The notes under the pieces: generated by a model
What the model was told of the DNA's origin: nothing
Seen by the model: the letters and a program-made list of their open reading frames with translations, nothing else
Databases searched by the model: none
In this document: one piece after another, positions 29,103-38,397 of the stretch
Position numbering within the stretch: the stretch's first letter is position 1
Layout: each line of letters opens with the position of its first letter
Source: Myxococcales bacterium
Lineage (GTDB): Bacteria; Myxococcota; Myxococcia; Myxococcales; UBA5297
NCBI GenBank assembly: GCA_031262165.1
Contig: JAISIF010000129.1
Location: 1-57,493 of the forward strand
Length of the DNA stretch: 57,493 nt
Reading direction: 5' to 3'
Made by a program: the position numbers and the translations under genes

Positions 29103-30562
29103 GAACGCTCCTCCCTCTCCCTCTCCTCCTTCTCGTGATCGCGGGTTGTTCCGAAGGCGAGACCACTCGGATCGACGCGGGCGACACGGCGAGCGCGAAC
29201 ACCTGTTCGACGCGTTCCGACTGCGAGGCAGGGCTCGTGTGCGGCGCGACGAACCGCTGTGAGGCGTGCGTGAGCGATGGGCAGTGCCGACTCAAAGAGC
29301 GGTGCGCGCCAGACACGGCGCGCTGCGTGTTCAAGGACGGCTACGGCGACGACTGCACGTTCAACGACGAGTGCCAAGCGGGCGAGTTCTGTAGCCAGGG
29401 CGTGTGCAGGGACGCGCTCGACGTCACCCTGTGCGTCGATGGCCAATGCCTGGCGAGCGGCCTGCGCTGCAATGCGCTCAACGGCGTGTGCGAGCTCGAC
29501 CTGGGCTGCCTGGAACACGGCGACTGCGCCAAGGGCGAGCTGTGCAACCTGCCCACCCACCGCTGCGTGACGCGCTGCACCGAGGAGAGCACCGCCTACC
29601 TGTGCCTGCCGGGCGAGAAGTGTCTGAACGATCGCTGCTCGGCCTGTCTGGGTGATGCTGACTGCGCTGGTGGCATGCGCTGCGATCTCGACGCGCTCGC
29701 CTGTGTTCTCGACGACGGCGGCGTGACGCGCTGTTCGAGCGAGCGCGACTGCGCGCTGGGGCAGCTGTGCGATCCAGACCTCGGTATCTGCTTGGACAAG
29801 AAGCCACCCTGCACGAGCGACGAATCGTGCGCCTCGTCCGAGCGCTGCGACATCGCCTCGGGCAAGTGCCTGCCGCGCGACTGCGCGCCAGATCGCTTCG
29901 AGCCGAACGACACTCTCGGCGCGGCCCTCGCGGCGGAGCGCACGCTCGGTGATGGCGTCATCGAGGGACTCGCGCTGTGCGGCGCGGACATCGACTTCCA
30001 TGCCATCGAGCTCGAGCGCGGAGAGCAGCTCTCCGCGACCTTCGTCGTCGACGCGCTCGTCGATGGCCAAGTGTCGATCGCGCTCATCGATCCGCTGGAG
30101 CGCACGCTCGGAGCAGGCGGCCTGTCGGTGAGCGGTGTGGCCGTGATGGATGGCCGCCACGCGCTGCGCGTCGCGCCGAGCGCGCCAACGGGCAGCACCT
30201 GGATCGACTACGGCCTGACCCTCTCTATCTCGACCGGGACGCCGTGCGACTTCGACGTGTTCGAGCCGAATGACGCAGTCAGCGCGGCGACGCGCGTCGA
30301 GACAGCGGGCACGACGAACGGCCTGACGATCTGCGGGAGCGACGTGGACTTCTTCCGAATCGCACTTCCGCCCGGCCAGCGCGCCCGCGTCCAGGCCATG
30401 GTCACCCAGGGCAGCGCGGCGCTCGACGTCGAAGAGGTCGATGAGCTCGAAGAGACCCGGGAAGGAGAGGGCGCCGAAGCGCTCTTCAAGGTCTCCTCAC
30501 CGCTCCAGCGGGTGGCGGTCACCTATGTGCTGACCGTCCAATTCGAGGCGCTGGGCGAGTGA
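29099..30562 (+). CDS. Cys-rich repeat lipoprotein with PPC-like C-terminal domains
   Basis: Lipobox IAGC; many CxxDxxCxxGxxC repeats; two D(R/V)FEPND...LC...D(I/V)DF modules; ATGA overlap with the previous gene. Confidence 0.8.
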   Translation: MRTLLPLPLLLLVIAGCSEGETTRIDAGDTASANTCSTRSDCEAGLVCGATNRCEACVSDGQCRLKERCAPDTARCVFKDGYGDDCTFNDECQAGEFCSQGVCRDALDVTLCVDGQCLASGLRCNALNGVCELDLGCLEHGDCAKGELCNLPTHRCVTRCTEESTAYLCLPGEKCLNDRCSACLGDADCAGGMRCDLDALACVLDDGGVTRCSSERDCALGQLCDPDLGICLDKKPPCTSDESCASSERCDIASGKCLPRDCAPDRFEPNDTLGAALAAERTLGDGVIEGLALCGADIDFHAIELERGEQLSATFVVDALVDGQVSIALIDPLERTLGAGGLSVSGVAVMDGRHALRVAPSAPTGSTWIDYGLTLSISTGTPCDFDVFEPNDAVSAATRVETAGTTNGLTICGSDVDFFRIALPPGQRARVQAMVTQGSAALDVEEVDELEETREGEGAEALFKVSSPLQRVAVTYVLTVQFEALGE

Positions 30563-30680
30563 CTGGGCGCCTCGGTGCCTCACCTCATCCAGCGCCCTCT
30601 CCCCATCGCCTCGCGTTGGCCCTCTCCCGCGAGCGGGCGAGGAAAGAGAGCGAGGAGCGACGTCGAGGCGTGCTGTTCGG

Positions 30681-31085
30681 TCAGCCCTTCTTGCTCAGCA
30701 GAAAGGCATCGAGGAACCTGGCCAGGGCCTGCTCGTGCTCCAGGGACATGTCCTGGAAAGCCAGGTGGATGCCCCAAGCGCCGGTGTCCTCTCGGTGGGT
30801 GCGGACCACGCTCGCCTTGCAGCCGATTTCCACTGCCTCGGTCGAGCCATCTTGGGCCGCGGGCAGCTCGATTCGGAAATCGACGAGATTGGGCACTGGC
30901 GGCACATCCGCCGAGTAGAAGGCGCCGCCCAGCGACACGTCGCCCTCGCAATCCATGAAGGGATGCGCCGCGTCGGCGCGCACTCGAAACGGCATGAGCA
31001 GGCGCGGAGAATCACGGCGGTCCAAGGCCACGGATTGTTCGACGCGCTCTGGATCGCTGCGGCGGTCTTTGCGTTCTTCGGTCAT
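30681..31085 (-). CDS. PilZ domain protein
   Basis: RRDSPR (RxxxR) and DVSLGG (DxSxxG) c-di-GMP motifs. Confidence 0.85.
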   Translation of the reverse strand: MTEERKDRRSDPERVEQSVALDRRDSPRLLMPFRVRADAAHPFMDCEGDVSLGGAFYSADVPPVPNLVDFRIELPAAQDGSTEAVEIGCKASVVRTHREDTGAWGIHLAFQDMSLEHEQALARFLDAFLLSKKG

Positions 31086-31162
31086 GGCAGGCTCCCTCTG
31101 GTCGGATGGTGGGTTGAGTTGGAAGAGGCGGGCTCGGGGTCGATGAGGGATCGCCTGAACGA

Positions 31163-31205
31163 GAAGACCCCTCGCCATCTGCCGCGCAGACGAGAAGGGG
31201 TCTTC
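31163..31205. terminator. Hairpin downstream of punA
   Basis: GAAGACCCCT...AGGGGTCTTC inverted repeat. Confidence 0.45.
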
Positions 31206-31238
31206 ACAAAGGCCATGGAGGCTTTGGGCGGCGCGGGC

Positions 31239-32081
31239 TCAGCGCTGGCGGCGCGGCACCTGCGCGATGGCGGGCAGGAAGTGCGCGAGCAGGTTCGTGA
31301 AGCAGCCGCGCACGCGATCGGCCGTCTCGGAGACCTCCTCGTGCGAGAGCGGCACCTTGCTGATGCCAGCCGCGAGGTTCGTGATGCACGAGATGCCAGC
31401 GACGCGCACGCCCATGTGGTTGGCGACGATGGTCTCGGGGACCGTGCTCATGCCGACCGCGTCGATGCCAATCGTCTTGAGCATCCGAATCTCGGCGGGC
31501 GTCTCGTAGGACGGGCCGGTCAGCCACGCGTAGACGCCCTCCTGGAGCGGCACGCTCAGGCGCGCGGCCGTCTTGCGCAGGATGTCGCTGAGGTCCGGGT
31601 CGTAGGCCGTGCTCATGTCCGGGAAGCGCGTGCCCAGCGCGTCCTCGTTCGGCCCTGTGAGCGGGTTGCGGCACGTGAGGTTCACATGATCGTTGATGAG
31701 CATCAGATCGCCAGCCTTGAAGCTGCCGTTGATGCCGCCCGCGGCGTTCGTGACGACGAGGCTGTTGATGCCGAGCGCACACAGAACGCGCGCCGGGAAG
31801 GCGACCTCCTGCGGCGTGTAGCCCTCATACATGTGCACGCGCCCCTGCATCGCGACGATGGGCGCGTCACCCAAGGTGCCGATGACGAGGCGTCCCGCGT
31901 GGCCCGCGACCGACGAGATCGGAAAATTGGGGAGCTCGCCGTAGGAGATGGCGACCTTGTCCTGGAGGGAGTCGGCAAAGGCACCCAAGCCCGAGCCGAG
32001 GATGATCCCGACTTTGGGCTGGAGGGAGCAGCGTTCACGGACAGCGGCGACGGTGGCTTGGATGAGGTCGTAGGTTTTCAT
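31239..32081 (-). CDS. punA: Purine nucleoside phosphorylase (trimeric family)
   Basis: IILGSGLG, GHAG, QGRVHMYEG, TNAAGG, GPSYETPAE and GMSTVPE motifs. Confidence 0.95.
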   Translation of the reverse strand: MKTYDLIQATVAAVRERCSLQPKVGIILGSGLGAFADSLQDKVAISYGELPNFPISSVAGHAGRLVIGTLGDAPIVAMQGRVHMYEGYTPQEVAFPARVLCALGINSLVVTNAAGGINGSFKAGDLMLINDHVNLTCRNPLTGPNEDALGTRFPDMSTAYDPDLSDILRKTAARLSVPLQEGVYAWLTGPSYETPAEIRMLKTIGIDAVGMSTVPETIVANHMGVRVAGISCITNLAAGISKVPLSHEEVSETADRVRGCFTNLLAHFLPAIAQVPRRQR

Positions 32082-32328
32082 GGGCGGCGGAGTCTAGTGA
32101 GGGTTTTTGGGGCGTCCAGAGAGTGTCCAACTTTTTTTGGAATCTAAATTCCTCAATGATTCCAATGGGTTACGATTGATCACCTCGCCCGTTGGCGCAT
32201 GAGCCCAGACCTTCTCGGCGCTCGTGATCGGCGCCACGAGGTCTTTTGGGGGAAGCTCTGGGAATCGTTCGGCGCGCCAAAATCCAGCGCCTACACTCCT
32301 CCTCTCCACGTCATGAAAGAGGAGAATC

Positions 32329-34110
32329 GTGCCCATGGCCGAGCTGGTCTTTTTCAGGCGGCGGGAGGAGTTGATGCGCGTCTCGATCGACGCTGGTCGG
32401 CGCGTCATCATTGGGCGGGCTGGCTCCTGCGATGTCGTGGTCCCAGATCCAGCCGTGGCGCGCGCCCAGCTCGCGATCGAAGGCGACGCAGAGGGCCGTT
32501 TCTGGCTCACCGATCTGTCTGGAAAGGGCAGCCTGCTCTGTGGCGTGACGCGGGCAGCGGCCGAGCTCCTCGACGGCCACGACATCGAGCTGGGCGAGTG
32601 GCGCGCCATCTTCCATCCAACGACCGCGAGCAGAGATGGCGGGCAGACTCGATCGACTCGTCCCAGAGCTGACACGACACGCCTGTTCGATCGCCCGGAG
32701 CGCGAGAAATCGCAGCGCTCCCACGCGCGGCGGCGCTCGATCGAGCAGACGCAAGAGCTCCCGATGTTCTGGGATCGACTCGTCGTCCGTGGCCGAGCCG
32801 AGCTCGACAGGCCCAGCGCCGAGCGCGTGGTGCCCTGCCCGGAGCGACTCGTCATCGGGAGCGACATCGGCTGCGATCTCGTGCTCGCCGATCCGTTCGT
32901 CTCGGCCTGCCATGCCCTGCTCGAACGCCGCGGCCAGGTGCGCTGGCTGCGCGATCTGAAGTCGAGCAACGGGACCTTCCTCGGCCGCTCCCGCATCGTC
33001 GAGGCCGAGATGCCCTTTGGCGTCCCAGCGCGCATCGGCCACAGCGAGCTCGTGCTCACCCCACCAGAGCAGGGCCACGCCGAGATCAGCTTCGAAGGGC
33101 TGATCGGCGGTTCCCCCGCCATGCGCGAGGTCTTCTCCATCATCGAGCGCGTGGCGCCTTCGGAGGTGACGGCGCTCATCGTCGGCGAGTCTGGGACGGG
33201 CAAGGAGCTCGTCGCCCGCGCGCTGCACGCGCGCAGTGGGCGCGCCGAACACCCCTTCGTCCCGATCAACTGCGGCGCGCTGAACGAAGGGATCATCGAG
33301 AGCGAACTCTTTGGACACGAGAAGGGAGCGTTCACCGGCGCGGACAAGGTTCGGCGTGGCGCCTTCGAAGAGGCGAGCGGCGGGACGCTCTTCCTCGACG
33401 AAATCGGCGAGCTGCCCCTGAACCTGCAGGCCAAGCTGCTGCGCGCGCTGGAGCTGCGCGAGATCAAGCGGGTGGGCGCCAGCCTACCCCAGCGCGTCGA
33501 TGTGCGCGTCGTCGGCGCGACGAACCGCGATCTGCGCTCCGAGGTGGCTGCCCGTCGTTTTCGCGAAGACCTCTATTGGCGCCTCGCCGCCATCCCGATC
33601 GCGCTGCCGCCGCTGCGCGCCCGCGGCGAGCAGGATCTGCGCGCGCTCGTGAGGCACTTCCTCAAGTCGTTCACCGCCGTGGGCTGCTCCATCCATCTGA
33701 GCGCCGAGGCCGAGGCTCGGCTACTCGCGCACACGTGGCCAGGCAACGTGCGCGAGCTCAAGAACTGCCTGAACCGAACCCTCCTCCTGCGCCGATCGGA
33801 CGTCATCGAGGCGCGGGACATCTTCTTCGACGAGGGCTTTGGCGGCTTTCCGGCCACGATCGAGGCGACACCCGCGACGCCAGCCTCGGTGAGCCGCGCC
33901 AGCGCTGGGCGCGACGCCAATGCGAGCAGCTGCATCGACATCGCGGGCAAGACGTTCGCGCAGATCGAGGAGGAGGTCTTTGTCCGAACGAGCGAACGGC
34001 TCGGGTTCAAGGTGTCGGCCATTGCCCGCGCGCTCGGTCAGTCGCGAGGGACGATCTATAGGCGCATGGAGAAGCTCGGGATCGGGCCTGGCCGAGAGCC
34101 GGAGGAGTAA
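32329..34110 (+). CDS. Sigma54-dependent activator with two FHA-like domains
   Basis: IGR...DVVV and [11 protein letters not shown] motifs; [22 protein letters not shown] and WPGNVREL; C-terminal Fis-type HTH. Confidence 0.93.
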   Translation: MPMAELVFFRRREELMRVSIDAGRRVIIGRAGSCDVVVPDPAVARAQLAIEGDAEGRFWLTDLSGKGSLLCGVTRAAAELLDGHDIELGEWRAIFHPTTASRDGGQTRSTRPRADTTRLFDRPEREKSQRSHARRRSIEQTQELPMFWDRLVVRGRAELDRPSAERVVPCPERLVIGSDIGCDLVLADPFVSACHALLERRGQVRWLRDLKSSNGTFLGRSRIVEAEMPFGVPARIGHSELVLTPPEQGHAEISFEGLIGGSPAMREVFSIIERVAPSEVTALIVGESGTGKELVARALHARSGRAEHPFVPINCGALNEGIIESELFGHEKGAFTGADKVRRGAFEEASGGTLFLDEIGELPLNLQAKLLRALELREIKRVGASLPQRVDVRVVGATNRDLRSEVAARRFREDLYWRLAAIPIALPPLRARGEQDLRALVRHFLKSFTAVGCSIHLSAEAEARLLAHTWPGNVRELKNCLNRTLLLRRSDVIEARDIFFDEGFGGFPATIEATPATPASVSRASAGRDANASSCIDIAGKTFAQIEEEVFVRTSERLGFKVSAIARALGQSRGTIYRRMEKLGIGPGREPEE

Positions 34111-34266
34111 GGACTTATCCCTCAATTATCTCGTCGCCCCGTTTGTCCGTGAAACGCCAGTCTTCGTTGCTTCGCTCTTCACTTCCGTCTGGAAGCTCAA
34201 AGCCTCGCACCAAAATCTGGCATTCCCCGGCCTTCGCGTTGCTCGGTCCTCATCGAGGGATGAGCC
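34111..34266 (+). repeat. MITE family A, copy 4
   Basis: TAA|GGACTTATCCCTCAAT...ATCGAGGGATGAGCC|TAA; the left TAA is the stop codon of the sigma54 activator. Confidence 0.9.
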
Positions 34267-34325
34267 TAAGGGCATCGCGCGCAACGCCTCTACGAGCGCG
34301 CTCGGATCTGCTCCACACCATCGGT

Positions 34326-34733
34326 AGAACCCGATTCGGCCTGACGTCCGACCCAGGGCAATCGAGTTCTCGGTTTTCGGATGTCACGGATGATGGGGGC
34401 GTAGGGGCGATTACCAATCGCCCGTCGTCGATGGTGGGTCGATCGCTCCTCGAAGGTGAGTCGCTCGTCGAGGGTTGTTGCGCACGGGCGATTGATAATC
34501 GCCTCTAAGGATTGTCTCCGAGGGACACGAAGAAAATTTCGACCCCCATCTCCCGCGCAGGCCTTCGAGTTCTGTCGCTTCGCATCGCCACTCCCCCTAT
34601 CGGCTTGGCAGACATCCCCCTCGATGAAGGGGACTCCATCAAAAACTTCTCTCTCAGAGGGAGTTGACCCGGAGGGCCGGAGGTAGTGGGCGTGTCACGC
34701 AAATCCAGAACCCGATTCGGCCTGACGTCCGAC
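34326..34733. repeat. Family B composite element bounded by a 27-bp direct repeat
   Basis: AGAACCCGATTCGGCCTGACGTCCGAC at 34326-34352 and 34707-34733; between them CAGGGCAATCGAGTTCT, a GTAGGGGCGATT...AATCGCC REP pair and a family C module. Confidence 0.85.
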
Positions 34734-34779
34734 TCCCGCCTTCTGGACCTCGCCTCGAAACGGACTAGGATGCCGCGCC

Positions 34780-36051
34780 GTGCAAACGTTCCCCTCTCCC
34801 CACTCGACGGCGTCGTTTCGAGGCGACCTCCCCGATCCGGCGACCACTGGCGCCTCTGCCAATGCCGAATCCTCGGATCGTGCCTGGAAAGAGGAAAAGT
34901 TCGTCACCCGAGCCCGCGCGCTCTTCTTCACGCGCCTGGCATTTTTGGCGATCGGACTGACCGTGATCGCCGTCCCGTCGTGGTCGTTCTCGCTCGGGAT
35001 CCAGGGCCAGGGCGTCTTCGCCGTCTTCTTCGGGATGCTCGGCTACAGCATCGTGAACTTCCTCGTATTGCAGCGCCCCAAGGGCGGTCGCACCCTGACC
35101 TTTGCCACGCTCTGCTTCGACCTGCTCGTCGCCGTGTATCTCATCGAATCCACGGGCGGTCTGCAGAGCCCGCTGCTCGCCACGCAGCTCATGTTCACGG
35201 TGCTCTTCGTCCTGCTATTCCCCAAGCCGCTCGCGATTCTGCCGCCGCTCCTGACCCTGCCCGTGGTGGCCAAGCTCGATCAGCTCCTGGGCCTGCGTGT
35301 CATCGACTTCGGCGACCTGCTCATCCTCATCTGGTATTCGGCCCTCAACTTCATCATCGTCTATGTGATGGTCTATCTGCACGAGCGCGAAGAGGTGGCC
35401 CACAGCGACATCGTGGCCCTCGAACGCGACCTCCAGGGCCTGGCGGTCACCGAGGAGCGCAACCGACTCTCGCGCGAGATCCACGATGGCCTGGGCGCCA
35501 CGCTCTCCTCGCTCATCATCCAGGCCGAATACATCGAGGGCCTGGCGAGCACCCCGGAGCTCAAGAGCGAGATCCAGGAGCTCAAGGGCTGTGCCGAGGA
35601 CTCGATCGATGAGCTGCGGCGCGCGCTGCGGATGATGCGCGCCGACTTCGAGCTCGTGCCAGCGGTCGAGGACTACTGCCGCACGTTCGGGAACCGCTCG
35701 AAGCTGCCCGTCCAGTTCCACAGGGCGGGCATGGCCAGGGCGCTGCGCAACGAAGCGCAGCTGACCATCTTCCGCGTGCTCCAGGAGACGCTCAACAACG
35801 CCCGCAAACACGCCGAGGCCTCCATCCTCCGGGTCGAGCTCTCGTTCGACGAGCGCGCGCTGCGCCTCGTCGTGGCCGACGATGGCAAGGGCTTCGATCC
35901 CAAGGCCCCGCGCCGCGGCCACTACGGCGTGACCACGATGCGCGAGCGCGCGGCCAAGGTCGGCGGCGACGTCACCATCGACAGCGCGCCGGGCCAGGGC
36001 ACCCGCATCACGCTGGAGATCCCCTACGCGCCGATCGAGGCGCGGTTCTGA
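34780..36051 (+). CDS. Membrane sensor histidine kinase (HisKA_3/NarX type)
   Basis: Several TM helices; ERNRLSREIHDGLG, QETLNNARKHA, DDGKGFD and PGQGT motifs. Confidence 0.93.
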   Translation: MQTFPSPHSTASFRGDLPDPATTGASANAESSDRAWKEEKFVTRARALFFTRLAFLAIGLTVIAVPSWSFSLGIQGQGVFAVFFGMLGYSIVNFLVLQRPKGGRTLTFATLCFDLLVAVYLIESTGGLQSPLLATQLMFTVLFVLLFPKPLAILPPLLTLPVVAKLDQLLGLRVIDFGDLLILIWYSALNFIIVYVMVYLHEREEVAHSDIVALERDLQGLAVTEERNRLSREIHDGLGATLSSLIIQAEYIEGLASTPELKSEIQELKGCAEDSIDELRRALRMMRADFELVPAVEDYCRTFGNRSKLPVQFHRAGMARALRNEAQLTIFRVLQETLNNARKHAEASILRVELSFDERALRLVVADDGKGFDPKAPRRGHYGVTTMRERAAKVGGDVTIDSAPGQGTRITLEIPYAPIEARF

Positions 36052-36114
36052 TCCTCTGAATCCGAAGCGCTCCCCATTCACTTCCCGCGATCCGCCTCAC
36101 CCCAGGAGACACCC

Positions 36115-36783
36115 ATGGAAGACCGCCGCCCCATCCGCGTCCTCGTCGTCGAAGATCAGCCCAAGATCCTGAAGAACCAGCTCAAGCTCCTCGACGCCGC
36201 CGCGGACCTGATCGTGATTGGGACCGCGACGAGCGGCGAAGAGGCGCTCAAGGAGATTCCGAACTGCAAGCCCGAGGTCCTCCTGCTCGATCTGGGATTG
36301 CCTCAGATGAGCGGCATCGACGTGACGCGCGAGGTCAAGGCGCGCTGGCCCGGCATCGAGATCCTCATCTTCACGATCTTCGACGAGGAGCAGAAGGTCC
36401 TGGAGGCCATCCGAGCTGGCGCCTCGGGCTACCTGCTCAAGGGCGCGACGGCCGACAAGATCGTCGAGGCCATCTGCGACGTGCGGGCGGGCGGCACGGT
36501 GATTCAGCCGAACCTCGCGCGGAACCTGCTCAAGCACTTCCGGGCCGACGCGCCTGCCGCGCCAGAGGCTCTCGTGCCTGGTCAGCGGCCCCTGTCGGAG
36601 CGCGAGAAGGAGATCCTCCAGATCATCGCCAAGGGCATCTCGAACAACGAGGCCGCCGCGATGCTCGGCGTGTCCAAGGCCACCATCCGCACGCACCTGG
36701 AACACATCTACGCCAAGCTGGAGGTGACGAACCGCGTCGAGGCCGTCACCGAGGGCATCCGCAAGGGCCTCATCGACATGTAA
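36115..36783 (+). CDS. NarL/LuxR-family response regulator
   Basis: VLVVED, LLDLGLP and GASGYLLK receiver motifs; LSEREKEIL...TIRTHLEHIYAKL HTH. Confidence 0.95.
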   Translation: MEDRRPIRVLVVEDQPKILKNQLKLLDAAADLIVIGTATSGEEALKEIPNCKPEVLLLDLGLPQMSGIDVTREVKARWPGIEILIFTIFDEEQKVLEAIRAGASGYLLKGATADKIVEAICDVRAGGTVIQPNLARNLLKHFRADAPAAPEALVPGQRPLSEREKEILQIIAKGISNNEAAAMLGVSKATIRTHLEHIYAKLEVTNRVEAVTEGIRKGLIDM

Positions 36784-36956
36784 GAGTGGCCCTCTCCCTC
36801 TCGTGGGGGAGAGATTTTTGGCGTTGCGTCATTCGGGAAAAGCCCCCCCCACGCAAAATCATCCGCGATCTCCTCCCTCGCCCGCTCGCGGGAGAGGGCC
36901 GACGCGAAGCGCTGGGGAGAAGGGGCGGGCGATTGACCGAAATCGACTGCCCCGTC

Positions 36957-38240
36957 TCATGAGCAGCGCGGCACATCTCGACGATCGAGCACCAAGCGAC
37001 CGCGCTTCACCACCTGGCGGACGTGCGAGATGCCCAGGTGCCAGACCAGATGAGCGAGGCTCGGCGCCGCGTGGACCACGAGGTCGGCCTGGAAGCCCGG
37101 GCACAGGGCCCCCACCCGATCCTCCAGCCCGAGCGCGCGGGCCGCGCCCAGGGTGAAGGCTTCGAGCGCTTCCTCTGCCCGCAGCCCATTGAAGCGAGCA
37201 GCGAGGCCCAGGGCGAGCGCGGCGTTCTCGCTCATGGCCGTCCCTGGGTTGAGATTGGTGGCGAGTGCGACCCGAGCGCCCGCGTCCCACAGGGCGCGCC
37301 CTGGCGCGCGGCGCGGATCGTCGAGGAAGAGCGTCGAGAGCGGGAGCAGCACGGACGTGACGTCCGAGGCGGCCAGCCGCGGGATGTCGGTGGGCTGGAG
37401 CGCTTCGAGGTGATCGACCGTGGCCGCGCCCAGATCGAGCGCCAGATCGATGGCGCCGCGCGAGGTCATCTGCTCCGCGTGCAGGCGCGGTCTCATCCCG
37501 AGCGCCGCCGCCCGTTCGAGAACGCGCCTGGCCTCCTCGACCTCGAAGGCGCCCTGCTCCACGAAGGCATCGCAGAAGCGGACGAAGCCCAAGCGCGCGG
37601 CCTCGGGCACGATCTCGGACACGCACAGGTCGAGGTAGCGCTCGCGCGCGGATGAGAACTCGGGCGGGATGGCGTGCGCGCACATCAATGTCGCGATCGT
37701 CTCGATGGGCTGGCGCGCGCCGAGGCGCTGGATGGCGCGCAGCATCTTCAGCTCAGACTCGGTCGAGAGTCCGTAGCCGCTCTTCACCTCGGCCATCGTC
37801 ACGCCAAAGCCCAGCAACCGGCTCAGGCGCGGCAGGGCGAGCTCGACGAGCGCGTCTTCGGAGGTGGCGCGCGTGGCGCGCACGGTCGCATTGATGCCGC
37901 CGCCCTTGGCAGAGATCGACAGGTAGCTCTCGCCAGCGCACCGCGCGGCGATCTCCTCGGCGCGCGTCCCCGCGAAGACGAGGTGCGTGTGGCAATCGAT
38001 GAAGCCAGGCGTGACGAGGCCTTGCGCGGCGTCGAGCCAGACGGCGTCTGGCGCGGCGCAGATCTCTGTCGCGAGCGCTGACTCAGGCCCGACCCAGATC
38101 ACGGCGCCATCTGCCACGGCGAGCGCGCCCGCCTCGATGACGTCTGGTAGCCCACTGCCAGCGACGCGCGTTCCAAAGCTCCACACCTGCGCGGCGTTGT
38201 GGATGATGAGATCGGCGTTCGGTCGGGAAGAGCGGGACAT
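36957..38240 (-). CDS. hutI: Imidazolonepropionase
   Basis: PGFIDCHTHLVFAG, GGGINATV, EVKSGYGL, HAEQ, DHLE and LATNLNPG motifs. Confidence 0.95.
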   Translation of the reverse strand: MSRSSRPNADLIIHNAAQVWSFGTRVAGSGLPDVIEAGALAVADGAVIWVGPESALATEICAAPDAVWLDAAQGLVTPGFIDCHTHLVFAGTRAEEIAARCAGESYLSISAKGGGINATVRATRATSEDALVELALPRLSRLLGFGVTMAEVKSGYGLSTESELKMLRAIQRLGARQPIETIATLMCAHAIPPEFSSARERYLDLCVSEIVPEAARLGFVRFCDAFVEQGAFEVEEARRVLERAAALGMRPRLHAEQMTSRGAIDLALDLGAATVDHLEALQPTDIPRLAASDVTSVLLPLSTLFLDDPRRAPGRALWDAGARVALATNLNPGTAMSENAALALGLAARFNGLRAEEALEAFTLGAARALGLEDRVGALCPGFQADLVVHAAPSLAHLVWHLGISHVRQVVKRGRLVLDRRDVPRCS

Positions 38241-38248
38241 GGGTTCAC

Positions 38249-38354
38249 CAGGGCAATCGAGTTCTGTTTTTTCGGATGGGGTAGGGGAAGGGCGTGCCCT
38301 ACCCGTCGTGTGTGTGCCGAATGACGACCACAGGGCACGGCTCGTCGCTGCCTG
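38249..38354. repeat. Partial family B element with a GTAG REP
   Basis: CAGGGCAATCGAGTTCT end followed by GTAGGGGAAGGGCGTGCCCTACCC. Confidence 0.6.
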
Positions 38355-38397
38355 ACCGCAAACGCGCCTCGTTGATTGATGGAGGCAAGCGCTCGAT

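Noticed and set aside
34326-34733. 27-bp direct repeat as a mini-CRISPR
   Set aside because: Only two copies, about 350 bp apart, and they include the end of a dispersed element.
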